This document shows positions 63,408 through 64,000 of a DNA stretch of 64,000 nt, in pieces; position 1 is the first letter of the stretch; every line of letters starts with the position of its first letter. The notes beneath the pieces are model-generated. The model had not been told where the DNA came from. It worked only from the letters and a program-made list of their open reading frames with translations, and did not search any database. The stretch comes from Patescibacteria group bacterium (lineage in GTDB: Bacteria; Patescibacteriota; Patescibacteriia; GWA2-46-9), in contig JBAZXG010000004.1 in the NCBI GenBank assembly GCA_041660005.1, forward strand, positions 5,720-69,719. The letters run 5' to 3'. The position numbers and the translations under genes are program-made.

Positions 63408-64000
63408 CTAACGCTCTGGGGCCACCACAACGGTATACTCCCCACGCGGCTTTTCGTTACCTAACGACACCGCTAACTCCTCAGCACTGCCTCGGTACAC
63501 AGTCTCAAAATGCTTCGTCAATTCACGGCAAACAACCAATAAACGCTGGGGAATACGCAAAGATAGCTCTCGGAGCGCTTTTTGAATGCGATGCGGCGCC
63601 TCATAGAAAATAACTGCGTCATGAGTAGCCGCAACGCGATCAAAAAAAGTTTTCCGTCCTTTTTTGTGCGGCGGATAACCTAAAAAAAGAAATGCGTCCA
63701 TAGGAAATCCGCTGATGGAAGCAGTGGTAGCAAGAGCACTCGGGCCAGGAATAGGAACGATACTAAGCGAAGAACCAAAGCGTCTCAGTGCTTCCTCAAT
63801 AAAAAGTCCACCCGGATCACTAATACCCGGCGTTCCCGCATCGGTCACAAGTGCCACATCACTCGTTTCTAAATAACTAAGCAACTGATCACGTTTTGTC
63901 TTTATCGTATGTTGATGATACGACGCAAGCGTTGGATGAGCACTGAGATGTGCTAACAATACACGCGTCCGTCGAGTATCCTCAGCAAGCACGATCGGGA
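63408..64000 (-). CDS. rsmI: 16S rRNA C1402 2'-O-methyltransferase (5' end outside window)
   Basis: AEDTR, DAGTPGISDPG, IPGPSA, YEAPHR, RELTK. Confidence 0.93.
   Translation of the reverse strand, partial: PIVLAEDTRRTRVLLAHLSAHPTLASYHQHTIKTKRDQLLSYLETSDVALVTDAGTPGISDPGGLFIEEALRRFGSSLSIVPIPGPSALATTASISGFPMDAFLFLGYPPHKKGRKTFFDRVAATHDAVIFYEAPHRIQKALRELSLRIPQRLLVVCRELTKHFETVYRGSAEELAVSLGNEKPRGEYTVVVAPER

Overview
64-kb chromosomal segment, genetic code 11, of a probable Patescibacteria/CPR bacterium (inferred from gene content and CPR-typical proteins). Most of it is housekeeping: glycolysis (gap, pgk, gpmI, two enolase-family genes, ppsA), translation (rpsB, tsf, rpmE, prfA, prmC, rplY, rplK, rplA, thrS, pheST, metG, gatB, miaA), replication/repair (gyrB, dnaE, mutM, UvrD-nuclease) and dTMP synthesis (dcd, thyX, tmk). 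These genes mostly lack Shine-Dalgarno (SD) sites and several look leaderless. Between them lie six small, visibly GC-richer transcription units ('islets') whose genes carry strong SD sites and end in long GC-rich hairpins. Three islets are preceded by unannotated leader-peptide attenuators, one per branched-chain amino acid. A Leu-rich leader controls an orphan leuA with an altered allosteric motif. An Ile-rich leader controls a stand-alone CimA-type regulatory domain with no catalytic domain. A Val-rich leader controls two unknown small proteins. No other BCAA biosynthesis genes are in the window. thrS has a T-box riboswitch with an ultrashort Stem I and a terminator. No rRNA, tRNA or CRISPR array was seen. 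All calls are by eye; no database searches or folding calculations were run.
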